From positions 124,001 to 188,000 of the forward strand of contig JAAOMT010000067.1 in assembly GCA_016748015.1 (NCBI GenBank): a DNA stretch of 64,000 bases, read 5' to 3'. Shown one piece after another: positions 63,961 through 64,000 of the stretch; the stretch's first letter is position 1, and the number at the start of each line of letters is the position of its first letter. The stretch comes from Geosiphon pyriformis uo1. Lineage: Eukaryota; Fungi; Glomeromycota. The position numbers and the translations under genes are program-made. Under the pieces are notes generated by a model that saw only the letters and a program-made list of their open reading frames with translations, ran no database searches and had not been told where the DNA came from.

Positions 63961-64000
63961 TGTTACAAGTAATTATTTGGAATCTGGAAACAAATAACAA
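63961..64000 (-). repeat. Start of 5' LTR of A'
   Basis: tgttacaagtaattatttgg matches 27021; adjacent PBS. Confidence 0.9.

Larger units (their letters stand above)
27021..64000 (-). mobile_element. Family-A element A' (host of A/B and C); 5' LTR runs off the window
   Basis: 3' LTR ~27021-27913. Segments 27914-31782, 51853-55310 and 63108-63960 are colinear with element A. PBS at 63944-63958. 5' LTR begins at 63961 and matches 27021. Confidence 0.9.

Overview
This is an AT-rich eukaryotic window, probably fungal, with no recognisable host genes. The repeat proteins recall Glomeromycota/Geosiphon-type repeats, from memory and not from a search. It is a graveyard of nested transposons, dominated by Ty3/Gypsy-like LTR retrotransposons with TGTTA...TAACA termini and 4-bp TSDs. 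Left part (1-24.4 kb, heavily C>T/G>A decayed): a hAT element (3161-6486, 8-bp TSD); an old copy of family C carrying a solo LTR and a 5'-truncated LINE; a LINE ORF1 relic; and an old copy of family B carrying a two-LTR non-autonomous element (E). Right part (24.5-64 kb): a five-level nest D > A'' > A' > A > B, with element C also inserted in A'. Elements A (31783-51852), B (41835-51723) and C (55311-63107) are complete, with both LTRs, PBS, PPT and TSD, but their ORFs are broken by transition-derived stops. The main point of interest is an unusual shared architecture. In families A and B, Gag-PR-[multi-Cys module]-dUTPase-RT-RNaseH ends at a conserved stop and the integrase is a separate AUG-initiated ORF. 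All families carry a homologous non-env accessory ORF3 before the 3' LTR. A/B Gag appears to start at GUG. C has a U_UUA_AAC plus hairpin -1 frameshift signal. A GAGCT motif precedes every readable PPT, and all target tetramers have a central YR step.
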